A DNA stretch of 63,950 bases, counting the filler, from Reticulomyxa filosa (lineage: Eukaryota > Protista > Foraminifera), in assembly GCA_000512085.1 (NCBI GenBank). It is 15 parts of 15 records of this genome, joined end to end, with 100 filler letters (N's around TTAATTAATTAA, not from the genome) between each part and the next. Parts side by side here need not be neighbours in the genome. Positions count along the whole stretch, not along the records: positions 38,878 to 40,396 come from ASPP01036902.1; positions 40,497 to 43,845 come from ASPP01019292.1; positions 43,946 to 50,684 come from ASPP01005479.1; positions 50,785 to 51,840 come from ASPP01015835.1; 11 more parts are not named here. One strand, given 5' to 3'. Positions 38,878 to 51,800 of this stretch are shown here, piece by piece. Within the stretch, counting starts at the first letter, position 1. Each line of letters starts with the position of its first letter. The position numbers were made by a program, and so were the translations under genes. The notes below the pieces were generated by a model. That model made no database searches. It was not told the DNA's origin and saw nothing but the letters and a program-made list of their open reading frames with translations.

Positions 38878-40246
38878 CTTTTTCTTTCTTTGTCTCTTTC
38901 TCTTTTTCTTTCTCTTTTTCTGTATCTGTCTTTGTCTCTTTATCATCTTCATTGACGGAGGATCCTTGCACGCCCTTGTCTTTTGTCAACTTGTCTTCTT
39001 GCTGTTTGTGGTGTTCAGCTTTCACAGATGCGGGTGGAGATGTGATATTACCTTCCTTGCCCTCTTCATTTGTCTCGTTGTCTATGTCAGACTTGTTGTC
39101 GCTTGGATGCAAATCTCTTCCATTCTCTTCCTCTTCCTTTTTCATTTGTAAATTCTCATCTGGTTGCTCTTCTTCGATCTCTCCACTTTCGCCGATGTTG
39201 GCACTAATTACTTTCAATCGCAAACAACATGTTTCACTATCGTTATATCGCTCTGCCCAAATCGCCTTCAAATCTTCACCACTTTGTATTTTCTTGTCTT
39301 GATCACTTTCGCTTAACCATTCATCATTTGCTGATATTCCCACAAATTGTTTCAAATCCTCAAAGTGTTGACTCCAATCCTCTTTTTCCATTTCGTGATG
39401 GAAATTCGGATCATCGGAATTTTTTGGACACCATGTCATGAGTTTGTCTTCTTTCGTTATTAGTAAGCATCTCTTTTTTTTTGTGGAGCCACATGCATAC
39501 ATACACACATTTTTATTTTATTAATAATTAAAAAAAACAAATTAGTCTAACCATTTTTAGTGTATAGCACATTACTTTTCTACTTTTATTAAGTTCATTC
39601 CAAAGATCCATTAGATCACCATCATTGTCAATTTGATGATCTGGATTGTCTTTTTTTACAAAAAGAAATGTTGATGTATCTGTCAATTTTAGTTGATCTT
39701 TAATTATTTGCAATAATTGTTTCCAATTTGCCTCTTTTGATCTTTCCACTCGTCCTTTGTCATCCAGATCAATTGCTTTGAAAATTACTTTTACATTGCC
39801 ATAAGGCTCAATCGCTAAATGTTTTTCCTTTTTTTTTGTTTGCTATTATTTGCAGGTTAAAAGGTTTGCACGTTTTTTAAAATACAAAACCGTTGACTCC
39901 AATATGTTTTTCCACTTCCCCCTCTTCTTTTTTAGACATGCCGTAAAAGATAAAAATAAAAACCTGTTTTGACATGTGTTTGTTTCTTTATTAGAGGAAA
40001 CGGAAGCTAACTTCAAAGCAAAACTTAAAAAGAAGACTCCTTTTTTTCAGAAAGATTTTCGTGAGCTATTTCCAGATTTAAACGCTTTACTTCCTCTTTG
40101 TATTTTGCATACTCTTCCTTCAGAGCCCTTATTTTGGTGTAAACTGCTTGTTGTGGGCTAAAGCAGTAAATTTCAAATTGTGGTGTCATCTTGTGAAAGC
40201 GATCAATTTTCTCCATGAAACAAACATTTAGATCGCTTTTCATATA
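38878..40246 (-). CDS. Multi-exon hypothetical protein with two PB1/ubiquitin-fold-like repeats and a charged linker; 3' truncated
   Basis: NWKQLLQIIKDQL..QIDNDGDLMDLW..YTLKM and DWSQHFEDLKQFV..KIQSGEDLKAIW..LRLKV resemble the PB1 acidic (OPCA-like) pattern. The start is uncertain. Confidence 0.5.
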
Positions 40247-40802
40247 TTTTTGAAAATTTTGCAAGAATGCATATGAATCAAATACAATTTGCACAATGAA
40301 ACTTTTAAATCTTTTCGCCTCCTTTTAGGAATATTAAGTCGTGTATATGTTTAAAAAAAATTAGAATTATGTCTTTCATAGTTTTTGAAAAAATTCNNNN
40401 NNNNNNNNNNNNNNNNNNNNNNNNNNNNNNNNNNNNNNNNTTAATTAATTAANNNNNNNNNNNNNNNNNNNNNNNNNNNNNNNNNNNNNNNNNNNNGGAA
40501 ATCCTTTTATTGAATTCGGAAAAATTGTCTGACATTGCCATAATAGTGGCAGACAATGTCTTGCAAATGATATATCAAGTTTTTTTTGTTGAAATCTTAA
40601 TCTTGCTTGTGACAAAAACTTTTAATCTTCTTGTTGTAGCAATTGACAAAGAGAGGGCAAAGTCCAACAAGATACGACTATCAAAAAAGTTTCTAATCTT
40701 TTCAAAGTTAATTATGAGAATTTTTTGCGCATAATAAGATCCATATTTCAGTGCAAAAAACAAAAAAAACCAAGGAAAAACTAAAGTAATAAACGAAATT
40801 TT

Positions 40803-43532
40803 TTGTGTCAATGGCACTTGCGTCACAACCAAATTAAAGCAATTGAATTTCTTCAGAGCAATGCGACGTCCGACAAAATTCGGATTCTCGCCCAAACAGT
40901 ACAACCATTCAGCTTAATTGAAACAGCAACTAGACAACGTAAACAAGCTTCTCTGACAGTGATAGTGGAGCCCTTCGCAAACGGCAGCGCAAGTCGACTT
41001 TCAGTCAAAGTCGGTGAGTCTAACGCAACAAAGAAAGACGAGGAGGAAGTCCCCGACGAAATAGACATTCATAGTAGTGCGTTTCAAGCCAAATCAATAA
41101 CAGAGCGAGTGAGTAGAGTTGTTTTGTCACAAAGTTTTGTTCAAGAAGAAATAGAAAACTTAATCGAAGATGATGGTCTGAGTTTAAGACAAGACACAAA
41201 CACGACCATTATTGAAAGGTATCTAGTTAAAGAAAGATTTGTAAGCTTTTTTTCCCTTACTAATTTAAAAAATGTCTTTTTTTCTTAATTAAAAAAAATT
41301 AAAAAACGGGTTGAAAATGACGATTGCTTCGTCAGCGAAAACGGCTACAAATCACTATATGGAATGGATCGGTTTGTAATACCTGCAGATTCTCCAATCC
41401 GTGTAGGCTGGGATATTATCATATTTTCATTGATAGTATATACGATTTACATACTACCTCCAAGACTTGCCTTTTGTGAGTTGCCACTACTGGATCCAAT
41501 TGACTTAACAGTAGACACACTTTTTTTTGTGGACATCCTTATGTCGTTTTTTAGTGCATATCAAACCCAGGACGGACACTTAGTCAACGACTTCCAAACT
41601 ATTTCCAAACAGTATTTAGCCAAATGGTTTGCATTGGATTTCTTGGCTTCGTTTCCTTTTTATCTCATTGCAAATAGTCAAATATTTCATGGTCATCACT
41701 TATCTCGATTGCCACGACTTCTCAAGATTTTGCGGGTCATGCGATTAATCAAAATTTTGAGAGCTTATCGCATTCAAAAATTTTTCGAATTCATTCAATA
41801 CTCACCAAGAATCAATCCTTCCATTATTCGTGTCTTGAAACTCTCTTTGATTGCTGCCTCCTTCGCTCATTTTACTGCGTGCACGTTTTATTTGATCGCA
41901 ATACCAACCTCCACTGACGAAATCACTTGGATCAATGATCCTGCTTCCCAAAGAGGAATTATCATGGATAAAGAACCTCTGCACAAATATTCTCTTGCAT
42001 TTTACTTTGTTGTTGAGTCAAGCAAATTCATTTCCATTATTTTTTTTTTTGTGAATTGATAAATCCCCTTAGCAAGTTTTCACTATTCGACTTTGTTGCA
42101 AATGAAAATAAAAACATTTGCAAATAATAATGATATTTGAATTTTCCTTTCAGGTGGGTACGTTAGCCACAGTCGGCTTTGGTGATATTATACCAATAAC
42201 AGTACTCGAAATATGGTTTACAATCGGTCTAGTTTTTATTGGAACGATTATCTTCAGTTACATCACTGCTACTGTGTCGTCTGTATTGCACGACTTTGAT
42301 TTGAAAGCGACTATATATAGGACCAAAATGAGCAAATTGGCCCATTATTTAAAACATATTAAAATATCACCAGCATTAAGGTTTAAAATAGTGTCGGAAA
42401 TGTCGTTAATTTGGAAAAAAAATCCGTACGCACAGCCGGTGGATTATAGCAACATTACAAATAAAAACAGTGTTTTAAGTTGTGGAATAGTCTTGTCATC
42501 ACGAAAAAAAGAGAATTGCTGTGAACACGAAACTGAAGGTAGTCCAGAGCAGACAGACAAAAAAAACAGTCCGAGCAAAAGAAACAAACGAGTGCAACCA
42601 TTTTGGATGAGTTTAGTACAATGATGCGAATTGAATTTCCCAGACACTTACTATATGAAGTGAGTTTGGAACTTCATGGTGAATTTATCAACACTTCATC
42701 ATTTTTTAAAAACTTTGGAGAAAAAGAAGAAGACTATTTTTTCATTGTTGAGTTAATCAACAGCATGAAACCGGCAAGCGTTTGAAGGGGACTACCTAGC
42801 AAATGTTGGGGAGAATGTCACATTTTGGCATGTCATTAAGCATGGCAATGTCGTTGCTATTTCACCTTTGGATTCAGGGATAGAATTGATGACATGGCAA
42901 GAAGGTGAAAGTTTTGGAGAAATTGAAATTTTTTTGACCAAAGAGTGGGCGTGGAATATGAAGTGCGCCACAGACGTTGACTATTTTGTTATTCCAAAGC
43001 AGGACTTTTTATCCGTTGTTTCTCATTATCGTTCTGTATCACAAAAATTAGTAAAGTTAACCCTTTCCAAAAAGTGTTTTGTTCTTGCACTTGAAGCAGA
43101 ACCTTTGCACTGTGCTGACATTAAAAAATATTTATTGTGTGTATACGTGACTTAAGGTATGCCGGCGAACGGTTAATATATATTAGCAAAGCTAAAAATG
43201 AAGTGCGAGAAGCAAAAGATTCTCGTAGAAAAATGGAACGTCAAGTGCATAACCGTTTGGCAGAGCTACTTGAAAAATCTAAAAGAAATCTGCATCAAGT
43301 GACACCACTAGCTAACAAAACCAAAACTACAAAAGAAAGATGGGAGCTGGTGCGGAACTTTGTAACAAAAAAAAAATCAAAAGACCTTTCTTTCCAAAAA
43401 GCTGCTGAAATGGCATTACAAGTTAAGAGATTCCAAGCCGCTTTAGATGATGTCATGAAAGATGTTGCCATCTGGAAGCAAGGTTTTTCTTTTGCAAGAG
43501 GGCACACATGTTATGCTCCCACTAACTTTTAA
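40803..43532 (+). CDS. 6TM voltage-gated K+ channel with cyclic-nucleotide-binding domain (KCNH/EAG-like, GFG filter), multi-exon, two apparent frameshifts
   Basis: S1 SPIRVGWDIIIF, S3 WFALDFLASFPF, S4 SRLPRLLKILRVMRLIKILR, pore TLATVGFGDIIP, cNBD FEGDYLANVGE..EGESFGEIEIF. Frameshifts at ~42560 and ~42775; the start is uncertain. Confidence 0.9.
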
Positions 43533-43780
43533 AAGAATCATTCTGAACACCATTTTTCATACTTTAATTCGATTTTTGCAAATAATTTCAAAAATTAAAA
43601 GTTATTTCTTTCTGATTTTCCATATTAATAAACGTTCTTCCACAATATCATTTCTTGTTGCTACAAGCTTTTCGAAGTTTAAGGAGTAATACACGTACAA
43701 AAAGGCTGGGGTCGGGTTCAATGTTTTTTTACAATAACCGTATATAGAATTATCCTTTAAAAAAACTAGAAAATGACGTA

Positions 43781-43845
43781 TGTGGGACGTCAGCTGGAAG
43801 TGGTTATACTAAATGTAATACGAAAAGGGTTTTACTCAGGAAACC
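43781..43845 (+). mobile_element. Probable LTR 5' terminus (same family as 18132-18173), cut by contig end
   Basis: TGTGGGACGTCAGCTGGAAGTGGTTATACTAAATGTAATACG; a weaker third copy lies at ~29555-29592. Confidence 0.55.
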
Positions 43846-44030
43846 NNNNNNNNNNNNNNNNNNNNNNNNNNNNNNNNNNNNNNNNNNNNTTAATTAATTA
43901 ANNNNNNNNNNNNNNNNNNNNNNNNNNNNNNNNNNNNNNNNNNNNAAAAAAAAAAAAATGTTATATACATTTATTAGGTATGTATATAAATGTTATATAC
44001 TACATTGTATGTACATAAAAAAAAAAACAG

Positions 44031-44801
44031 CTGGAAAGACCCAGCCGACAGAAACTTAAAGATCCAATGATTCCAGAGCAATCAGAGGTTACTTTAAAAT
44101 AAAAATAAATATATACATATATGCATATGTTATTTTTTGTAAGACGTTTTTTTTTATGTGTGGGGAAATAATCAAATAAAGACACACCATCGACGTGAAT
44201 CTTCTTTGCCACAACCCGACTTAGGTTTTGACGCCCCGGCAGTACTTTTGGCAGTTGAGAGTATATTGCCCAATTTTTTGCTGAACGTTTGCGATTAGGG
44301 ATACGTTTTACGTGTGCAAACCACGTTATAGGCAGCACAAGACGAAGTACAAACGCTGAAGGCGGCTCTCGCCAAAATGGAAGAAGAAAAAAAACTGGTT
44401 GAGAAACAGTTGCATAATAATAAACAAGAAGCAATTCAAATTGAAGAGAAATTAGGACAACAATTGGAAAAACGGATTGAAGAGAAATTCCAAAAGGCTG
44501 CCAATGGATTACTTGAAAATAACAAAAAGGAAATAGAACAAATGAGCTTCCGAATGGACGAACTTAGAAAACAACTCAATAATGCCATGAATTCCAAAAT
44601 GAGTCTTATTCAATGTACAAACGCTGAAATTAATCGCCTGAAGTTTAATGTTTTTTTTAGTTTTATTTCATTTATTCAAATAAAACTAAAGATTTTGATT
44701 GAATTGGTGTTTGTGTGTGTAGCCGTGTTATCAACACGCTGCTTCAAAGTGAAAAGTGTAAAGATATCACACGTTTATTGCTGAACGATATTACAAAGTA
44801 A
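44031..44801 (+). CDS. 3' exons of a coiled-coil protein (5' truncated)
   Basis: Four exons with GT-AG introns join in frame: LERPSRQ.., THHRRES.., AAQDEVQTLKAALAKMEEE..SKMSLIQCTNAEINRL, RVINTLLQ..ITK*. Confidence 0.65.
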
Positions 44802-46303
44802 ATCCAAGGTCTAAGACTGAGCGCGGAAAAATCATTATTTTCTAATAAGATTAGATAATAAATTGATGGACCGAGAAAAAAGCTGTTGCATTACCAATTG
44901 TCTAATTTTTGGTGGAACTTTTTTTTCCCCCATGTTTGTGTTGATGTGGAACTTTCAAAATTTTTTTGTTTACTTCTTTTTGTAAAAGGGTTTTCGTTTT
45001 CGATAATTCTTTTAACGTTGTCTTGGTTGGACTGTTTTTGGGTATTTCTCTTCTTTATTCTGTTTTTGTGACTTTTTCTTATTGGTTTTTTTTTTTTGAG
45101 AAAAACAACTTTTTGTGTACAGACCGTCGACTTATCGCCATTACAAAATGTACCTGTTTAATCGATCACAAGTACAAATACAAGAGGTAATTTCAATTTT
45201 CTAATCTCGGCACATAATTGCGCAACTCTGAGTGTGGACTTTATAGCTATAACACTCGCTAAAGAACATTAAAAATAATATACATGTACCAATTTTAGCG
45301 TGCAATCTAATCGTACATGGTACAAAAGAAGTGAATATTAGCCTTTTATAATAAAAAAAAGATATAGCTAAATGTATTGTGTAAATATGTCGACTGCCTA
45401 TTTTGCTAAATTGTAACTTTATATAGAATCAATAAATTGTGTCTAAAATCTTTAACTTTTAATTTTTTGTTGCGCTACGTATACAATATTTGTCATGAAA
45501 AAGGAAATATATTTCAATGACATTGGTCGTACATGACAAAGTATAAGTATGCAAAATTAATACAATATTAGTATTTACATCATTAGAAAATATATAGCTG
45601 AGAAAATACAAAAGCAAATCATTTAATACACAAGTATTCAAAGAATTACATGTGTATGAACAGAAATATGCTAATAAAAGAAAATTTAGATGATTATATG
45701 ATAATTTCTTTATCTTAAGACAGAAGTTCCAATGTTTTTTTTGACATAATAGTTAAAGACTCTCATTGATATGACTAATAGATAAAAAATTATAAAAATT
45801 CGATAAATTGTCTAGCATTCAAATATGTACTAACATTGTAGTACATAATTTGAAGAAAGTTATCTTTTCATACAAAAAAATTGACTTATTTATTTGGTCT
45901 TTTCCAAAATTATTTGTCTTCATTACTTAATAATATTATAATATATATTTAAAAAAAAATTATGTTTAAATCTTTATTTTTCATGGAGAAAATCGATCCT
46001 CTTCATATAATGCCATTTAGGTATGGAAGTTTTTTCTGCAATCTACTGTACAATATAATTTTTTATATGCAAAACATAATGTTATTTAACAAATAACGTT
46101 TTGTATATAGTATAACTAGGCTTAGAATTCATTTAACTGTATTTTTATTTTGATGTTTTTGATATACAATAATATGTAGTTATTTATGCTCCAACAGATG
46201 CCAATTTCTTGACATACTAACAAAATTAATAGCTATTTCTTTGACACTACTAATAGCTAATGACTATGTTTCAATATGTTTTATTATATATTATTGTATT
46301 GTA

Positions 46304-47613
46304 CAGTAGAATGCAAAATAAATTTGGCACCTTATATATTTAATTGATTTTCTCCACCAAAAAACAACATCTAGATCAAAATATATTTGAAAACTACACT
46401 ATTTGTAGATATTTTTAAAAAATTAGGTTTTTATAAATCTTTACTAATTGTTTACAAAATTTGAATATTTATTGATTTTTGTAAACTTTCGATAAAAAGT
46501 TGACAACCGTGACTGTGTCGTAACTATGAAATCTGCCAACTTTTTGTAAGCATTTTCAGAAAGTGCTCAATCGTAGATTTTTTTTAAAAAATTAGTCTTC
46601 TACGCTGCGTAGTTTCGAGAAACTCAATTTTTTGTTATCAAAAAAATTTTTGTTTGCAGAATTTAATGTTATTTTCAAAGTTTGTAAAGGGACTACTTTT
46701 TGCTTTGCTGAAAATTTTTTGTAGAAAGATTTTTTTTAGTGAAAATTACCATTTTGTTAAATCACCTTTTACCTTGTACACTGATTGTATTCCTCTGGAA
46801 TTGATTTTATTAAATTTACTCATATTTCTTTGTCATTTTTTCCAATTTTAATTTAAACTGTTCGTTGGAACCGAAAGGGTTTGAACGGTCTATTTTTGTT
46901 TTCATTGTCCAAAACATATTTTCGATTTATTCATGTCTGTATAATTTAGAGTGAATTTAATACTTTGATAACATGTAGTTTAAACTATTCTTTTACTGTA
47001 ATTGCTGTGTGAAAGTTGCATTATCTTTCTGAAACATACAATCTTCATTATATTCTAGACACCAATCAATGCTTTTTAGCATTTCATTAAATATAATTTC
47101 TTTGTAAATATATGCATTTGCACCTCAATCAATTTTACATTCATAACTAGACCAGTAACAAGATGTTGAATTTGTTATTGTACTTTTAACTAACGACATT
47201 TTCTTGGTTTCTTCTTGATAAGTTTTCAGTCTTGGACATCAGCTTCCATTTACTCAAACATTCATGACTTACACTAAATTTTTTTGTAACTTTGAGCAAA
47301 CTACAGCACTGACTCAACATTTCAACAGCAAGTCATTTGTTACAGTTTTCAACTACTTGAGCCATTTAAAAAAAAAAATTAAAAAATTCAAATATCGAAC
47401 TATACTGAGCTAAAAAAAAAAGAAGAAAAGAAAAATAAAGTACAAAATATTGAAATAATTATTAAATTTAATAAAAAACCAAAATGATATTTAAAAACTA
47501 CACTATTTATAGATATTTTTAAAAAGTTAGTCATTATGTTGTTTTTTCATGAAGAAAATCAATTACTTTATAATGCGTCGTTTTATGTTTCAACTTTATT
47601 TTGCATTATACTG
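46304..47613 (-). mobile_element. Degenerate full-length Tc1/mariner DNA transposon (~1.3 kb) with TIRs and TA target-site duplication
   Basis: TA|CAGTAGAATGCAAAATAAA...TTTATTTTGCATTATACTG|TA. Minus-strand transposase relics are an HTH-like KVTKKFSVSHECLSKWK, MFQKDNAT/HTAITVKE*F, then DMN/IENM..MKTKI and LIKSIP..KGDLTKW (frameshifts between segments). Confidence 0.88.
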
Positions 47614-47995
47614 TATTCAATTACTAACATATTATTGTTGATATAACAGAGTTAAAATAACTTCTTTTCATTAAATTTGATATGTGCTAATATTTTCAAC
47701 TTTTATTTTAACTCTTGAGAATTCGCATTATTTTCTGTTAAATCGTGACATCATATACCAGTTCATTGCTTTGTTGTATTGAAAGAAAGTTCAAACTTTT
47801 AATGTATTGTTTAATAAATCATCTACTTGGCTATTCTCTTCAGTAACACTATATTAAATTTTTGTTTTAGCGCAGCACCTTTTCCCTCGACGAGCTAAAA
47901 AAAAAACTTTGAGCGGATTTATTTTCTCAAAGAAGGAAAATTTCGTGACACGAAGGCAGTGAGATTGTCCGTTTTCCCTCCAAAAAAAAAAAGAA

Positions 47996-49504
47996 ATGGT
48001 AAAATCAGAAATTACGGTGGTCGTTTGGCTTTATACTGTCCTTTTTCCGTGCACTTGGGTAATCATTATTTTTTTTGCAAGGCAAATTTATCTTAATAAG
48101 ACGCACATTGTAATGCAAGCACGAAGCGTAAGTCTCGCCCTAGTGTTAATTTTTTATTGGGTTGTAAATTCAGTGACGAGTTGGGCTCAACTAATTGGAC
48201 TGTCGTTCTTAGGCATGTCCTTTCGAACATATCAACTTCTTGGTATATTTACAGTTGCAGTTGCAGGTGCCGCTATGACTTTGGTATTCGCACGAGCATT
48301 TTTTGCTTTTCAGAAATGGCGTCAGCAGAATGAATTGCATGATAAATATTTCGATGACACAAAATTGACTCAGGATGCCTGGTACGATTACATACAACCA
48401 CATTGGTATCTGGCGGCCAGTGTATGCGTATTTTTAATATTGATCGTGAGCGGTTTATTTCTGGAACAATCCAAATTTTCTTGGGTTTCAGATTGGACAT
48501 TTGCAATAATTGGCTTGTTTGGAGTTGTATGTTTGATAGCCTCATTAACTATTGACGATGTTATTGCCGTTCGTTTGGAAATTATTGTTGGAATTGTGAT
48601 TATAATGATTATGCTCCCATTTCGACTCATAGCGAAAAATGACATAATTACTGACAATATTGTTCCGAATAGTTGTTCAGTTTTAATCGCAATGGTCAAT
48701 ACGATCACACCCAATGTGGCCCTCTACCGACTCCAAAAGTGCCAGCAAAATCCCTCAACATCTTGTCTTGATGATATATTTGACTGCAAAAAACGTACCG
48801 AAGTTAGCAGCTCTGTCTTGCCCTCCGTCACTGTTGAGATGAAAAAGATGCCTGCAAGTGACAGCCCATCTCTCAAACCAGACAAACTTCCATCCCTATT
48901 GATTGATTTTTTGAACCTTGGACCGCAAGAATATACGTTGTTCGCCAATCTTTTGGTGAAATGTTTCGCAACTGAAGTTTGACCATTTTTTTTTTCATGA
49001 TCGTAAAAAAAAAAATTTTTTATTGACCCTCAAATGTCTATTTTTTTTTTTTGCTCCAAACAGAACTTATTATTTTTTCAGTGGGTTATAATGTTCCGAA
49101 ACATTATTTTGGAAGACTTTGAATATAATAAAGGAGATATAAGTCATTTGTTTGAACATTTATATCATATCGATTTGGACCATTTGACAGCTTTGGAAAA
49201 TACTATAAGGGAGATGTTAGACGGAAATTCGGCAAACATGCGCGTTGTAGCTGACCACATAATAACTACATTTGTTCTGTCAGGGTCTGAACAAGAAGTT
49301 AATGTTTCTTTTGCCTGCAAGGAAAGTATTAAATCCCTTTTTGAGCAAGTCTCGAACAAGCATCCACCTTCCGTGGCGGATTACTGCAACATGTTCGGGG
49401 AACCATTGAACGAGTGTTATCAGCTTATGCAAAATTTGTATGTTTCACACTTTGAAAATTTTATAAACTCTGCTAGCGTACGTTCTGTTTTTGAACAAAA
49501 TTAG
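47996..49504 (+). CDS. 7TM-RGS protein (AtRGS1-like receptor-GAP architecture)
   Basis: Seven hydrophobic segments, IDDVIAVRLE loop, then RGS box FANLLVKCFATE|NLLFF..IITTFVLSGSEQEVNVS..FGEPLNECYQLM; intron 48977-49063. Confidence 0.88.
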
Positions 49505-49804
49505 TAGCTATCATTTGTTATGTGAGAGTAATTATTAACGTTAGTTTAAAGATCTTCGGAAGAAAAAAGATAACCAGTTTGTTTTTTTTTTTACAAGAGG
49601 CAATGTGAAAAGAGAATAACGAAATAACGAAAGAGAAAAAAATGTTTTCAAGGCATGCTAAAAAAATTTTAAAATTATAACAAAAATTCTTATCCTTTTA
49701 CATGAAATATTCCTACTTGATCCTATAACGCATATATTTGATAGCCTGTTTAAGATTTCACTTGTTTTGCAACATTCTTTGACTGAAGCTTGGTCTAATT
49801 AGTT

Positions 49805-50665
49805 TCAGTTGGACGATAGCACATAAAACAAAACAAAAAGGTGATTTGAATATATATATATATATTTTCTCTTTCGGTTTTTGTTTGTTTGTTTTGTGTA
49901 TCCAGAAATGAGGGAGAAAAAAAAAATGCTATGTACCTGAGCATCCTTAAAAGCCAATTTCCACAAATGCTTGTATTTTGTGCTCCTTGTGTCAAAGGCA
50001 ATCCTCCACTCATCGCTTTTCACCTCAAACGCGATATTGTCCCTGCAGTTGCGCAACATTGCATCCGAATTTGTATTGCTCGCTTCAGAAAAGGGCATTC
50101 GAGACTTGGCTTTGCTGTCTGCAGCTTCACGCATATCCAAACCTACAGTGTCGGGCTCTTCTTCAACTTCGTGTTCTGCTGTTTGTATATTCATTTGACG
50201 AGGGATATCCATTTTTTCTTTCCAAGGTATATCCATTCTGCTTGTTCGCACAAGAAAAACGTCGCTATTTGCAAAAGTGAAGGTACAAAATTGAGTTATA
50301 TGTGTTCCCTCTTTTTTTTTTTTTTTTTTTCTCCTCTCTTCCTCTTTCTTTTAAGGAAAACGAAACGCAAAAAAAAAAAAACAAAAAACGAACAAGAATG
50401 CACTGCAACGTGCCATCGGAATGAGCAAGGGCTGTTCAGCAAAATTGGGCTGGACAGTGGCAAACATGAACGATGATTTGGTGCAATGTGAGCTTTGCGA
50501 AGTCGGCCTGTCATATCGATAATAGGGACCAATACTTTGCTTGGGATACGTGTGCATCGGTAAAGGTAAAATTTGAGGGTTTTTGACTCCATAGCGGGAT
50601 ATTTGGGCAGCTGACGCATTATGGCAAGTCTCAATTGCGCCACTATTCTTCAATCCATAATCCGT
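49805..50665 (-). CDS. 3' exons of a hypothetical protein (5' truncated)
   Basis: Coding-like minus-strand ORFs (50351-50653, 49805-50251) separated by T/A-rich intron-like DNA; no recognisable domain. Confidence 0.4.
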
Positions 50666-50866
50666 TTTTGTTTTTTTTTTTTTTNNNNNNNNNNNNNNNN
50701 NNNNNNNNNNNNNNNNNNNNNNNNNNNNTTAATTAATTAANNNNNNNNNNNNNNNNNNNNNNNNNNNNNNNNNNNNNNNNNNNNAAAAAAAAAAAAAAAG
50801 TGGGGGAACATGTACAATATATTACATATATAATGCATATACATACGTACATACATATGTACACAG

Positions 50867-51800
50867 CGATAACGGGCGAGATACGAGTGACAGCGTCGAC
50901 ATTGATGCACGACTCAACGCCCGCGTCGGCGGCATTGGGTCGCGAGACAGTGCGCTGCGTGACAAAGCCGGAGAAGAACTCGTGGTTTCTGATGGATTTT
51001 TCTCCACGAAAAATTTGCCCCACTCATTACAGCGTGCGACACTACAGCTCGTGGGAGACGGAGGCCATTCGATCGTGGGAGTTTGAAGGGTCCAATGACG
51101 GACAGTCGTTCATTTGCATCCGTAGTCACGTCAACGACACCGCTTTGTACGGAAAGGGCGGCACACACACTTGGAAAGTCAACTGTGAAGAGAAATTTTC
51201 CATGTTTCGAATTCGACAGACCGATTTCAATTCTAATCGACATTACGTTAATTCTTTTTTATTATTATTATTATTATTGTTGTAATTTGCGAGATGTTGT
51301 TGAAAACTTGAATTGAGCTATAATTTTTTTTTTTTTGGGGGGGGGGGGGACATGATCATTGATGCTTTTTTTTTTTATTTTTTATTAGTATTTGGCCATT
51401 TCTGGATTTGAAATTTATGGTGAAATGCAAGAGCCGGCAAGTGTCCCTCAAACTAAAGGCTTGTTTGATCTGTTTTTTTTAATACTTATGTATGTGTATA
51501 TATAAATTGTTAAATAACATACATTAAAAAAGGGTCCCTCACGTTTATCTACTCGTATGACTTTGATACCAATGGCATTTGCCACTGGCTGGGCACAAAC
51601 AAGGGGGTTGACACGTGGCAAAACCCGGCTTTGAGAGGCTACATTCGCATTCTGTTCTCGACCATCGCCGCCGATAGCAAGCCCACACACTTTGTCGTTG
51701 GTCGTGAGACAGTGCGCTGCGTGACCGAACCAAAGAAGAACTCGTGGATCTTTATTGACTTCAAAGCCTTGAAGATTGTCCCAACACATTATACTTTGAG
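50867..51800 (+). CDS. Internal fragment with tandem HECTD1-type SUN/discoidin-like (galactose-binding fold) domains
   Basis: GRETVRCVTKPEKNSWFLMDF..PTHYSVRHYSSWETEAIRSWEFEGSNDG..HVNDTAL, then YDFDTNGICHWLGT..WQNPA..GRETVRCVTEPKKNSWIFIDF..PTHYTLR. Confidence 0.8.
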
